Positions 23,866 to 36,864 of a stretch of 40,431 nt of DNA are shown in pieces. Within the stretch, counting starts at the first letter, position 1. Each line of letters opens with the position of its first letter. This stretch comes from Chiloscyllium plagiosum (lineage: Eukaryota): the NCBI RefSeq assembly GCF_004010195.1, contig NC_057711.1:73944881-73985311 (forward strand), in the 5' to 3' direction. Under the pieces are notes generated by a model. The model saw nothing but the letters and a program-made list of their open reading frames with translations. It had not been told where the DNA came from and did no database searches. Made by a program: the position numbers and the translations under genes.

Positions 23866-23958
23866 CTGATTTTCCTTTCCCACTGCCTGTAAATTCTCTT
23901 CAATCTCACAGAAGAGCTGCCTGTGTTTATTCTTCATTTGATGCATATCTTCTACTAC
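23866..23958 (-). CDS. Exon e (VVEDMHQMKNKHRQLFCEIEENLQAVGKENQ)
   Basis: cctatcttag|GTA...CAG|gtagca; 93 nt; phase 0-0. Confidence 0.85.
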
Positions 23959-24141
23959 CTAAGATAGGCAAATAGAAAGGTTACGTATAAGACTGTTATT
24001 GCTTAACCACAAAATAATCTGCATTTATCAAATAATAAATTATTTTTGAGCTTCATTTTAAAATTAAAAGCAACATGTGACATGTTATCAAGTCTAATTA
24101 AAACGTAATACATGTTAATGATGACTATAGGTTTCTTCTAC

Positions 24142-24242
24142 CTTGGCAATATGAAATCTGGCATATTCATAAGGAATATAAGCTTTTGCGTTCAACTTGG
24201 GTTCTTCAGAAGTTGTTTCATTTCTTCTGTGGGTTTTCTTCC
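24142..24242 (-). CDS. Exon d (G-KKTHRRNETTSEEPKLNAKAYIPYEYARFHIAK)
   Basis: tgtcaccag|GG...AAG|gtagaa; 101 nt; phase 1-0. Confidence 0.85.
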
Positions 24243-24416
24243 CTGGTGACAAATAGTTGAAGGAGACTTTGAAAACTGGTACAAATGCCGTTGGAAAAAA
24301 TAAGCAAGACAATGTCCATCCTTTACTTAAACCTCCCCCTATTCCCATCCCCATCCAGATTCTTCCATCCATCAAGGTTGTCTTATGTGTAAGAAATGTT
24401 GTTGATTAGTTTATGG

Positions 24417-24694
24417 TAATCATGTTGTGGAAGTCGGACTGGGGCGGACAAAGTTGAAAATCATGCAACATGAGGTTATAGTCCAACAGGTTTATTAGGA
24501 AATGCTAGCTTTTGGAGCGCTGCTCCTTCGTCAGGTAGCTAATGGAGCAGGATCATAGGATACAGATTATATAGCAAAAGATCATAGTGTCATAGTGAGG
24601 CTATGATTTTTTGCGATAATTCTGTGTCCTATGATCCTACTCCATTAGCTACCTGACAAAGGAGCAACACTCCAAAAACTATAATAATCATGTT
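24417..24694. mobile_element. Penelope-derived fold-back element with two decayed hammerheads
   Basis: TSD TAATCATGTT at 24417-24426 and 24685-24694; arms about 24504-24589 and 24600-24681; CTGACGAAGGAGCAGCGCTCCAAAAGCTA on - strand. Confidence 0.8.
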
Positions 24695-26443
24695 ACTATA
24701 TGGATCAGTCAAATTATTTTTCTCTTCTTTCTAACTATACATTTTTTCCACCATCTATCTCTACTCATTCCCAGGCCTTGCCTGAGTGATCTAACTCATA
24801 TTAGTTTCAAGCAGCAGGTCCAGTACAGAATATATGTTTGTAAAGCCTATGTGCATGTGGGTGTGGCAAGTGTGAAAATGTGTACAGAAAAGGAACAGAG
24901 TGGTTCACACTCCCAGGCCTATAATATCCTATTTCACCGGGAAAACCACAGTTAAATTGTTTTTAGTACTTTTACTGCTTTAGTTTGATTTATTTTCAAA
25001 TAATGGAAGAAAATTACATTTCAAAAGCAAGCAATTTGTGGGGAATAGAGAGAAAGGGATAATAGACACCGCTGCAGGTTGAGACTGATAATCTCCCCAA
25101 AGAAAGGTGGCAGGAGATACTAAGTAAAAGTGAGGAGATCGTTATTAGAGAGTTAAACTTAAATATATTAGCAAGGGAAAAAGAAGGAAAGGCTAATGGA
25201 AAAATTGAATAAGCAGTTCAAAAAGGAAGAAGTAGAAGTATTAATGAGTGTGTGTGAATAGGAGGAAGAGTGAAAGTAGCTGAAATATGGATATGAGAAA
25301 GACTGATAAATAGAATACGTAGAAAAATATGTAGATGTGTCAATTATTGGGAAGGGAGCTAGTGAAGATACCATTTGTCTCATACATCCCACTGCAATGA
25401 ATGGTCAATCCTGTTCTTCACACACTATGCCCTATTAGCCGTTATTTGCCACCTCAAAGCAAACCAAAAAAAAAGATTATATAGAAAAGAAACCTGAAGA
25501 AATACAAAGGGAAAAAAAAAGCAAGAAAGAAAGAGGGGGAAAATAAAAGCAGAAACAGAAGGAATAAGAAAAGTAGAACAGCATACTTGAATTTGAACAG
25601 GTCTTTGACGTAGAGAAACATCTAGGCCATTGTTAAGTGCTTTCAGTCAAATAAAATTAAGCTTAAATCAAGCAATGAGATATTGCTTAATTCTGGTGTT
25701 TTAAATATGTTCAAAGAGGTCATTTTAAAAGGGACCTTAAAGGAGGAGAGAGATTGGGGTGGGTGAAGGGATTTTGTGTAGGAATTGTAGAGATAGAAAA
25801 TGCATGGTGCTAGGTATAACCATGTGGCTATGGTGAAGAGGAAGATGGGCCTATCAGGAACTAGAATAAGATAATGGAGTGATTGGAGCTGCAATTGTTG
25901 TTGTAGGATTCAGATTTCTTCATCTACTCTAACATTCATTATCAAAATAGTTTGTAAATTATATTTTGTAAAGCATGTTGGACACCAGCAATTTCTCTTT
26001 CCAACGTAGAGCGAATTCTTGGAAATCAATGTGTTGTTAAAGCAAGTCACTTTGTGAAATAAGTGGAGACACAACAGCAGGGAACATTTCTATGCATTTT
26101 TGTAATAGTAAATAATTAATTTAAGTGGCCTAAATCACTTAGATAAAGTGCTTCCATCCATAATCTTAATGGATGTTAAAAAAACAAGTCTTGTCTGTAG
26201 ATAGCATGCTAAATAGAAATCTGTCAGAACAGATAAAAGAGAGATTTTGAATTGCAACTATGTAAGGGCATCAACGGAACAGTGGGTTATTCTTAATAAA
26301 AAAAACAACAAGGGATTATATAAGCACCTAAAGAATAATTTAAAATACATGGGGAAAGAGCATGCAACTTGGATTGCAGTAGATATTTCCAGGTACAAGT
26401 TGACAAATCAGTTCCACAGAGTTGTCTGTAGAGTTGTGGAGTT

Positions 26444-26713
26444 TGTTATGAAGTTGTAGGCATGTACTGTACTTTTAAGAGAGAATGAAAGCTGGCAAGC
26501 CTGTCATGTAACGACATCAAATCAATGAGCTGATCTGAGGTTTTGGGTTATAAAAATCAGGCATTTTGAACAGTTAGCCAGAACAGCAAAGAGCACCAAC
26601 AGACTGCCTGCGGAGACACTCTCTTTGTCACTCAAAATTTTACAGATTACAAGGTGAGGTAAGCTTTATGTGTCTGGTTTAAATTAGCAGAAGGCTTTAC
26701 CCTGTGTCATTAT
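26444..26713 (+). mobile_element. Short, internally deleted solo LTR of the same family group as 5371
   Basis: TGTTATGAAG..GTACTGTACTTTTAAGA start; end TTTACCCTGTGTCAT resembles the end of the 3743-4442 LTR. Confidence 0.7.
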
Positions 26714-26744
26714 AGTTTACCTCCAAATAAGTACTTTATTTAAA

Positions 26745-26908
26745 CAGAAAATGAAAAATGCTGGAGATCACAGTTGGTCAGGCAGCATCAATGGCACAGC
26801 TCTGATAAAGAGTCATCTAGACTCGATGTTAGCTTGCTCTCTCTCCATGGATGCTGCCTGACCCATGTTTTGTTTTCAGTTCAGCAAATTGCAGTAATTT
26901 GCTTCTAC
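26745..26908. mobile_element. Penelope-derived fragment with short inverted repeat and decayed hammerhead
   Basis: GGTCAGGCAGCATC..GATGCTGCCTGACC arms; CTCTGATAAAGAGTC-ATCTA-GACTCGA. Confidence 0.6.
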
Positions 26909-27449
26909 CCTCTTAAACAACCCGGTGAATGTTACCGATAGCCAATTAACATTTGATACAAAAATGAGCAATTACCTTTATAGAATCTCATTTGTTCAGA
27001 TTTTAATAGTTTTAGAATCTCCCAAAAAGTATCAAATTTATTTCGTGTCATCTCACTTCTTGTCTTTTTTTTTCTTGCTTTAATCTTTCACTCCACCTGT
27101 TACTTTTCTTCCTAGATTGAGCTGATATTGAATTTACTCCTTCAATTTACATCCCTTCTTCAATCTCATCGGTTAAAGTGCTACCTATCAAATATACAGT
27201 TCACCAAGGTCCCAGAAGCCCTATTTGCATCCTTATTTGTCACATTATCAGTTTACACATTCAATAATTTATCGGTGAATATTTTTGTATTAAAAAGTGA
27301 AATGATAAGTTTAATAAACAGCACTGGATGCCCTTACTCTAGAAAATCTGGAACTTTTATTTCAAGAATCTTCAAACCTCTTTAAAGAATGACAACTTGA
27401 ATGCACTAAATATTAAGATATGTGATTGTCATTTAAGTTACTGAATTAC

Positions 27450-27569
27450 CTTGGTTTAAAGCAGTGTCATTCTGTTCATCCAAAGTGAATTGTTTGAATG
27501 GTGACATCTGTTTTATTCTTAAACCAAGCCTCTTCATAAATGATTCTTTTGGAGAAGCAACTTGTGGAA
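27450..27569 (-). CDS. Exon c (I-PQVASPKESFMKRLGLRIKQMSPFKQFTLDEQNDTALNQ-G)
   Basis: ttttattttag|TT...G|gtaatt; 120 nt; phase 1-1. Confidence 0.8.
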
Positions 27570-29408
27570 CTAAAATAAAAAATGAGTTTTATAGGTGATA
27601 TAAAAATAATTTCAAAAGGATAATCATTAAATATTGAAACATTAGGCAGCGTTCTCCTCTTTTGGATCAGGGATCCAACAAAATGGAATTTCTGACCACA
27701 CCTCTGAAATCTCCTCTAATCCCAACACATCTCTATTGGTAGAATTCCATCAGCAATAACAAACTCTCTTGCCAATTGCAAAGGCCAATATTTTAGTTCG
27801 TCAGTGCTGCCTGGCAGCAGAAGAAATTAAGATATTTTCCTCACTCTCTCCTTCCGTTGCCTAACTTCCAGGTTTCTTCACCACCTCCCATTTAAGATTC
27901 TCTAATATAGTCTAACATTGACCATTTCCTTGTTATCACTTTCTACTCAGCATCTCCTTTGCACTCCTTGTCTTATTTACTTCTGTTGTCACCCTGGAGA
28001 TAGGTATCTGCCATTTGGCTTAGAATTGCACTTTCAAAATCCAACTGGTCGTCTTTTGTCTCTCCATTCACCAGAACAATTCTGCAGCTATTGATCTGCT
28101 CAAGTACACTCTCGATTCCATCTTTGATACTTTAGACTCACTGAAACCATTACTGTCTTTATCCCACTGGCAGTTCTCTGACACCACCATTAGTCCACCT
28201 CCAGGCAGTAGCCTTATCTGACATAATTTAGTCATGCTGGCAATGATTGTATTAAATGGTGGAGCAGGCTCCAAGGGCTGAATTGTCTACTCTTGATTCT
28301 GTTTCTTATATTCTTATAAATATCTTGCAGGACTCTGCAGTAAAATATTTGGGTAATCCTTTGGCTTCACTGTCTTTGCATAAGTCTGATAGAGAACGTT
28401 TATGCCTTTTGCAGACCATTCGTATTATCCAATGCTCCAACGAAACCAGTGGAGACAGGGTATTTGCTCTTCCACAACATTGCTTAGCATGATAATTTAC
28501 CTTGATTGTGATAGACTTCTCATTGTGTGTGCTTCTCCAAGCTGTAAATCATTCCTTCTTTGAAGGGTTCTCTGATAACTAAAGAGATCAATTTGGGGAT
28601 AGGCATGGATATCCACGGAAATGGCAATTTGTGCTGATATCCTGGGTGTTTGTTAAATGGGCCAGATGTATTCACAGACAATATGGAGTTGAAAAGAAAC
28701 CCTCAAATGGAACTACCCTTCTGACATTGAATACAAATTACCTTTCCATTACTGATCCCGTGTTCTGTGTGAGAGGAAAATACAAGATATCCTGGAAAAC
28801 CCAATGATCTAAGCATGGGCATTTATTTGACTGTGTGCTTGTGACATAGAAGGAAAATTGCAGACATCAAGATGACTTATGTCACATGAGAAACTGAATA
28901 CTAGAGATTGCTGAGTGATTGTCATCAAGTTGAGTAAGATTGAACTAAACTACAAATTAGCAGGTATGTCACAGCTAGATTTCAAACATCTCAAGAACCT
29001 TACTACTGCTTTTGACCTTGCGACACAATTTCTCACACATCGTAGTTTGACCCTCCTCCTCCTCTCGGTGATGAATAAGATTAATGGAAACAACTCCATG
29101 ATCAGATCTTCAAATCTTTGGACATCCTGCGATACTGCAAGTGTAAGCACCAGTACTGATTTGATAAAAACTCCATCTTTTCAAACAGAAACAACTCCGG
29201 AATGATTTTCTTTTGTTGCAGTGTCCAACTAGTTTATTGTTTATTTATTAAAATCTTGAAACAACTATTGCATGCAAAATTTCCAGCAGCCCCACAATCA
29301 ATAATTGAATTTGTAATTCTGAAATTTATTTTTTGTCATTTACTTTCTGCCTCATTGTTTCTAGCAATCTTTCAAAAGCAGTTGCGCAATTCAATAAAGT
29401 GAACTTAC

Positions 29409-29609
29409 TCTGATTAGATTTTTCATCAATGTTAGTGTTTCTTACTGCACACGTTGAGCAATTGTCACTTTTTTCCTTCACGTCTGGCACACTTCCAGGT
29501 AGGTCAATGCTTTCAGTCATACAATCCTCCAACTCAGAAATACTTTTAGGTCTTAGAACATTCACAGTTACTGGGCAATCCAGCACTGGAGTATTTCCTA
29601 CTCCAGCTT
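29409..29609 (-). CDS. Exon b (E-AGVGNTPVLDCPVTV...NIDEKSNQ-I)
   Basis: tctctattttcag|AA...A|gtaagt; 201 nt; phase 1-1. Confidence 0.8.
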
Positions 29610-30454
29610 CTGAAAATAGAGAACATTGAATTAGTATCCTTTCCATTATGCTTATGAATATTTTGTTTGAACTATTCTGATAAATGTTTCTATTCTTGTA
29701 TTAGCTCTTTTAGATAATTGATAAAATACCTTCTGGGACATCACAGAATTGTGGTACATGTGAAGGCCATTTATCCTAATTTCTCTGCACTGGTTCTGTA
29801 AACATGTTCACTTAGTTCCCATCTCCTGCACTTTTCACTTAAAGCTGCAAATGGTTTCTATTTAAATAATCATCTAAGGCCTCACGAATGCCTTAACTGA
29901 ACCTCGGACATAATGGAGTAGAAATATCTGTTTTGCTAAATACAGTGCTAATGATGCTCAGTTGGCAGATGTGTGCAGGAGCAAAATGAAACCGAAGGAA
30001 ATTCAGAGGAATCGATTTTCAGGCAGAAATCTGATGTCAACAGTTTCTTCGCCATTGTTCTATCAATAAAAATTCCCCTGAAGGTGCTCCAATAACAGCA
30101 TAGATATCTTAGACCAAAATGGATTAGTTTGCAGTGTAGTGAAATTATTGTGCTATTTGCATAGGAGAAACAAGCACAACAGTGAACTGCCATTGAGGGA
30201 GGATTGTATTAGACACTCGGTAGGAATGAGGAAGGAACTGGCAGATAAATCAGGGAGGTGGTGAGGGGTAAAGAGATGGGTCGTAAGCTTTCAAACATGA
30301 AATTTGTCTTTTTATATGTTCAATTTCTGGATAGAATGGGTGCCATTCATGGATCAAAATGGCATGAGATGCACAGCTACACATTCAAGCCATTGATCAT
30401 TTCCACCAAACACTCTGTGTGGGCTTTAACATGTTTTGCTTTCTCTGCAAACTT

Positions 30455-33398
30455 TCAGGGAGATAGTGAGGAAAGTGATCAATCTGAGACTTGTACAGTT
30501 GAGAAAATAAGCAAGTCAAATACTCAAGGCAGGCAGGGACAAAGCAGAGAACAAGGTAGGGCTGATAAATTAAACTACACTTATTTCAATGCAAGAGGCC
30601 TAACAGGAAAGGCAGATGACCTCAGGGCATGGTTAGGAACTTGGGACTGGGGTATCATAACAATTACAGAAATGTGGTTCATGGATGGACAGGACTGGCA
30701 GCTTAATGTTCCAGGATACAAATGCTACAGGAAGGATATAAAGGGTGGCAAGAGAGGAGGGCGAGTGGCGATTTTGATAAGGGATAGCATTACAGCTGTA
30801 CTGAGGGGGGGGGGGGGGGGATATTCCTGGAAATACATCCAGGGAAGATACTTTGGTGGAACTGAGAAATAAGAAAGGGATGATCACCTTATTGGGATTG
30901 TATCATACACCCCCCAATAGTCAATGGGAAATTGAGAAACAAATTTGTAAGAACATTTCAATTACCTGGAAGACTAATAGGGTGATTTTGGTAGGAGATT
31001 TTAATTTTCCAAACATGGACTGGACTGCCATAGAGGGATTTGTGAAGTGTGTACAAGAAAGTTTTCTGATTCAGTGTGTGGATGTACCTACTAGAGAAGG
31101 TGCGAAACTTGACCTACTCTTGGGAAATAAGGCAGGGCAGGTGACTGAGGTGTCAGTGGGGGAGCACTTTGGTGCCAGCAACCATAATTCTATTAGTTTT
31201 AAAATAGTAATGGCAAAGGACAGACCAGATCTAAAAGTTGAAGTTCTAAATTGGAGGAAGGCTAATTTTGATGGTAGTAGGCAAGAATTTTCAAAGCTGA
31301 TTGGGGGCAGATGTTTGCAGGTAAAGGGATGGCTGGAAAATGGGAAGCCTTCAGAAATGAGATAATGAAAATCCAGAGAAAGTATATTCCTGTTAAAGTG
31401 AAAGCAAAGGCTGGTAGGTATAGGAAATGCTGGATGACTAAATAAATTAAGGATTTGGTTAAGAAAAAAGAAGGAAGCACATGTTAGGTATAGACAGGAT
31501 AGATCGAGTGAGTCCTAAGAGTATAAAGGCAGTAGGAGTATACTTAAGAGGGAAATCAAGAGGGCAAAAAGGGGACATGGGATAGCTTTAGCACATAGAG
31601 TTAAGGATAATCCAAAGGAGAAATACAAAAGGGTGACGAGGGAGAGAATAGGGCCCCTCAAAGATCAGCTAGGCGGCCTTTGTGTGGAGCTGCACGAGAT
31701 GGGAGAGTTATGAAACAAGTATTTTGCATCAGTTTTTACTGTGGAAAAGGACATGGAAGATATAGAATGTAGGGAAGTAGATGGTGACATCTTGAAAAAT
31801 GTCCATATTACAGAGGAGGAAGTGCTGGATGTCTTGAAACGCATAAAAGTGGATAAAATCTCAGGACCTGATCAAGTGTAACATAGAACTCTGTGGGAAG
31901 CTAGGGAAGTGATTGCTGAGGCTCTTGCTGAGAAATTTGTATCATCGATAGTCACAGGGGAGGTGACGGAAGACTGCAGGTTGGCTAACATGATGCCACT
32001 ATTTTAAAAAGATGGTAAGGACAAGCCAGGGAACTATAGACTAGTGAGTCTGATGTCGGTGGTGGGGAAGATGGAGGAGGGAACCCTGAGGAACAGGATG
32101 TTCATGTATTTGGAAAGGCAAGGACTGATTAGGGATAGTCAACATGGCTTTGTGCAGGGGAAATCATGTCTCTCAAACTTGATTGAGTTTTTTGAAGAAG
32201 TAACAAAGAGGATTGATGAGGGCAGAGCAGTAGACATGATCTGTATGGACTTCAGTAAGGCATTGGACAAGCTTCCCCATGGGAGGCTGGTTAGCAAGGT
32301 TAGATCTCATGGAATACAGGGAGAATTAGCCATTTGGATACAGAACTGGCACGAAGTTTGAAGACAGAGGGTGGTGGTTAAGGGTTGTTTTTCAGACTGG
32401 CGGCCTGTGACCAGTGGAGTGCCACATAAATCGGTGCTGGGTCCAGTACTTTTCGTCATTAATATAAATGATTTGGATGTGAGTGTAAGAGGTATAACTA
32501 GTAAGTTTGCAGATGACACCAGAATTGGAGGTGTAGTGGACAGCGAAGAAGGTTACCTCAGATTGCAACGGGATCTTGATTAGATGGGCCAATGGGCTGA
32601 GAAGTGGCAGATGGAATTTAATTTAGATAAATGTGGGGTGTTGCATTTTGAGAAAGCAAATTTTAGCAGGACTTATACACTTAATGGTAAGGTACTCGGG
32701 AGTGTTGCTGAACAAAGAGTGCAGATTCATAGCTTCCTGAAAGTAGAATCGCAGGTAGATAGGATAGTGAAGAAGGCGTTTAGTATGCTTTCCTTTATTG
32801 GTCAGAGTATTGAATACAGGAGTTGGGAGGTCATGTTGCAGCTGTACAGGACATTGGTTAGGCCACTATTGGATTATTGCATGCACTTCTGGTCTCCTTC
32901 CTGTCGGAAGGATGTTGTGATATTTGAAAGGGTTAAAAATTAAGATTTACAAGGATGTTGCCAAGTTTGGAGGATTTAAGCGAGAGGGAGAGGTTGAATA
33001 AGCTGGGGCTGTTTTCCCTGGAGCGCCAAGGCTGAGGAACGACCTTATGGAGGTTTATAAGATCAAGGGATACGGATAAGATAAATAGCCAAAGTCTTTT
33101 CCCTGGAGTTCAGAACTAGAGGGCATAGGTTTAGGTTGAGGGAAAAGAGACCTAAGGGGCAACATTTTCACACAGAGGGTGGTATGTGTATGGAATGAGC
33201 TGTCAGAGGAAGGGATGAAGGCTGGTACAATTGCAACATTTAAAAGACATCTGGATGGATATATGAATAGGGATGTTTTGGAGGGATCTGGGCTGAGTGC
33301 TGGCAGGTGGGATTAGATTGGGTTGGGATATCTGGTTGGTATGGATGAGTTGGACAGAAGGATCTGTTTCCATGCTATACATCTCTGACTCCGTGACT
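30455..33398 (+). mobile_element. CR1 LINE, 5'-truncated, decayed ORF2 (APE endonuclease plus RT) and 3' UTR
   Basis: [62 protein letters not shown]; many stops and frameshifts. Confidence 0.95.
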
Positions 33399-34471
33399 GT
33401 AATCATACAAGTTCGATAACATCAGGAAAGGTCCAGAAAAGCATGGTGTGATAGCATTGAAGGACTTTTTATCTGAATTCAAGGCTTCTGTATAAAACAA
33501 TTATTCCTAGATATGCATATAGTAGTGGGCATCCCTGGAAGTTGGCATATCAATGAGAATAAGCAAAGCAGAACAAGCTGCTAGAAGCTGGAGAGGGAGA
33601 AAGGAGTTCTCATCAGTAGTACTAATCACCAAAAATATTCAGAGAGCAATTCTCTCTGTAGTGTACAATGTGCATGATATTTATACTTTAGGGGAAGATA
33701 TCCCATTGAAATTGATCATATGTTGCAACCACCATTGTAACTGCTGAATTCAGGACAAGAACATCATTCTGAATCATTGTGAAATGAATAATAGTGATGA
33801 GCCTTTGTGTGTCTTCCAGGGTGGATCTGGAGATATTTGCAATATGCTACTATCTGCTATCCATTGTGGTGCAAGCTTTGTGCTTCATAGATTTACTGCC
33901 AATCCCATAGAATGGCAAGCCAGTAATCCTAATAATCAAATGAAAACAATTTGATGATCTGCTGTGATGTTGTACAAGCCCCCTTGAACATTACTTTACA
34001 CATTGATGGCAGCAAACTGACTAGGTATGTCACATATCTGAGCTTTCACTGTGGCACTCATGTTAGGTAGTCACTTGTTTGGCTACAATAGAATCTGTTA
34101 CATCAGCAAGCAGAGTCTGCAGCATGGTTTGGGTCCACAGAGATGGGAATACAATTTGTCATCACTTCCAACCTAGACAGGATAGACTCCAAGCTCCATT
34201 CTATCCTGGAATTAAATGTGCAGTTTACAGTAGAATCATTTCCAAAATGATATCTTTGATACCTCCCTGGGGAACTTATGGTTTGTCCACAGTCATCACG
34301 GCAGCCTGTGCATTACAAGCATCTGAAATAGCTCCAGAAACAGGCCACTTAGCCCCTCAAACCTTCTGTGTCATTCAATTTGATCAGTTGATCTGATTTT
34401 GTTTTGAACTCTACATTCTCACTTACCCAAATAACCTTTAATTCCCTTGCTTAAAAAAGCGTTATCCACTG

Positions 34472-34562
34472 CAGTCCTGAAGAAGAGGGGTCATATTGTA
34501 TGCAAAATGTTCACTTTGTTTGATTCTCCACAAATACTGCCAAACCTGTTGAGGTTGTCCAA
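34472..34562 (+). mobile_element. Penelope-derived fragment with decayed hammerhead start
   Basis: CAGTCCTGAAGAAG...AAATGTT..CTCCACAAATACTGCCAAACCTGTTGAG. Confidence 0.45.
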
Positions 34563-34563
34563 T

Positions 34564-34952
34564 GGATGTTGTGAGATTTGAAAGGGTTAAAAAATAAGAT
34601 TTACAAGGATGTTGCCAGTTTGGAGGATTTGAGCTAGAGGGAGAGGTTGAATAGGCTGGGGCTGTTTTCCCTGAAGCGCCAAGGCTGAGGGATGACCTTA
34701 TAGAGGTTTATAAAATCATGATGGATAAGGATAAGATAAATAGACAAAGTCTTTTCCCTGGGGTGTGGGAGTTCAGAACTAGAGAGCATAGGTTTAGGTT
34801 AAGAGGGAAAAGAGACCTAAGGGACAACATTTTCACGCAGAGGGTGGTATGTGTATGGAATGAGCTGTCAGAGGAAGTGGTGAAGGCTGGTACAATTGCA
34901 ACAGTTAAAAGACATCTGGATGGGTATATGAATAGGGATGTTTTGGAGGGAT
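34564..34952 (+). mobile_element. CR1 fragment duplicating about 32910-33287
   Basis: Colinear, with the same lesions as the upstream copy. Confidence 0.88.
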
Positions 34953-34974
34953 TCTGCTTTCTGTTTTTCTTCAA

Positions 34975-35840
34975 AAATCTATCTCTGACTTCAAATTTTC
35001 AATGACCCCAGCCTTCCAATGCTTTGTGAGGCAAAGTCTCGAATTCATATTACCCTCAGAGGAAACTGCTCCTCATCTCTGTCCAAAAAGGAGGACCCTA
35101 TATTTAAAATAGTGCTCCTTAGTTCTGGATTGACCAAGAATAGGAAGCATTCTTTCCACATCTACCTTGACAAAACCATTAGGGATGTTATACACTTCAA
35201 CCAATTCACCCTTCACTCTTCTCATCTCCAATGGAAACAAGCCCGGTCTCTCCAAATGATCCTCATCGGATAATAAATTTATTCTAGGTATCAATCTAAT
35301 AAACCTCCTCTGAACTACCCACAATGCATTTACATTTTTCCTTCATTAAGGAAACCAAACTGCAGACATTAATCATGATGTGGTCTCATACAATGCTTGT
35401 ATAATTGAAGCATAACATTGTTTCTTTAATGTTCTGTTTATCTCATAATAAAGGATACAGAATCTCCTGAGTCTTCTTGATTACATGCTGTACCTGCCTC
35501 GTAACGTTTTGGTGATTCAAGAACAAGACCATTGAAATCCATCTGCATATCAGCATTCTGTAGTTGTTCTCCATTTAAATAATACACTTTTTTTTCATTC
35601 TTCCTAGCAAAGTGAACAACTTTACATTTCTCCACATGATACTCTGCCAGGTTTTTGCTCTTTCACTCAAACTATGTATAGATATCTGCAACTTTCTTGT
35701 GTCTTCTTCATAACATACTTTCTTACTTTTCTTTTGTTATCTGCAAATTTAGCTACCATGCCTCTGCCACCCTCATCAAAGTCATTGATGTAAATTGTAA
35801 AAGTTGAGGCCCCAGTATGTACCCCATGTGAGACTCCATT
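34975..35840 (-). mobile_element. Decayed CR1 LINE RT fragment
   Basis: FTIYINDFDEG..VAKFAD; EKCKVVHF; VQRRFIRLIP..GELVEVY. Confidence 0.85.
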
Positions 35841-35853
35841 TATTACACCTTTA

Positions 35854-35922
35854 TTCCAAGATGGACTTTGGGATACACAACAACACAGAGTCACCAAGCA
35901 GAGGCTGATAGCCAAATTTAGC
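35854..35922 (+). mobile_element. Possible Penelope GIY-YIG C-terminal fragment
   Basis: FQDGLWDTQQHRVTKQRLIAKF resembles the end of Penelope endonuclease domains; short, recognised from memory. Confidence 0.4.
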
Positions 35923-36864
35923 ATGCCAGAACTTTCCAGACTTTGGAGTACAGCAGCTAAATTCTTCCAACTCTGCCACTATTGCAGCTGCAAGCAGAAA
36001 ATGATGCATCTTGTAGAAGTGTATGAAGAAAAACACTTAGCTGCATTCTGGAGTATTTAATGCTAAGAATTGGACATGTTGATTCAATAAATGCATGTCA
36101 TAGTTTCTGATGTGGATGTATTTTGGATTGATTTCTGCCTTGTTAGATGTCACCTCAACCCTTGCTCTCCCAAAGCCCTGATACTGTGGAGTAAAGATGA
36201 GTTGGTCAACTACTCAGCAGCATACTGTACAGTGCGGCTAGTAAAGCTGAGCAATGGTGAACATTATGAGGGGGGTGATATCATGGTACTTTAAGGGTGA
36301 TTTTTCTTATTACCTAAGCATCAAAAAGACATTATAGTTAGAGGAAATAGGTGGGAATGGGATTAACTCCAGTTTACCTGGAGAAAAGGCCAGAACTGTC
36401 CCCATCTACCACTTAATCCCATGTGCTTCATTTAATTCTGGGGGACACAATTCTAATGTACAAATCAGACTCATTGTAGGATCAGGAGAGGAAAGTTACA
36501 GCCCCGATTTTTATATGCAGTTTACTTTCACTTGTCAAACAGCCAGAACACTGCCTGAGAAAAGGGATTTGTTTTAGGAAAATTCAGGCCAAGATCTCTT
36601 TTTAAGATTAGAAGTGAATTTTGCATTGTCTCAGTTACCTGGTGTTTGTTATCATTTTAATGCTGTGAAGATATGATGTCCTATCCCTCTCTTCACATCT
36701 CTCAAAATCTTCAGGGGGAATATTACCAACAAAGACATTAAAAATTCAATCCAATTGCTATACAAAAGTTTCTTTCTTTCACAAACTGACAAAGCTTTTA
36801 ACTGTCGGTTCAAACTCTTCCAATGTACAACAAAATAAATTAAAATGTCTTATAAATCTTTTAC

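Noticed and set aside
11005..24242. Naming the gene as a nesprin or other known coiled-coil gene
   Set aside because: No diagnostic motif recognised, so no symbol is given.
28950..29400. Extension of exon b and ORF 28950-29150
   Set aside because: A strong gtaagt donor at 29408 ends the exon; the downstream frames stop and have no recognisable motif.
30805..30820. G16 run
   Set aside because: Likely slippage or a homopolymer error inside a dead CR1.
33420..36300. Very old LTR-element remnants at 33420-34300 and 35925-36300
   Set aside because: Only faint motif similarity and conflicting orientation.
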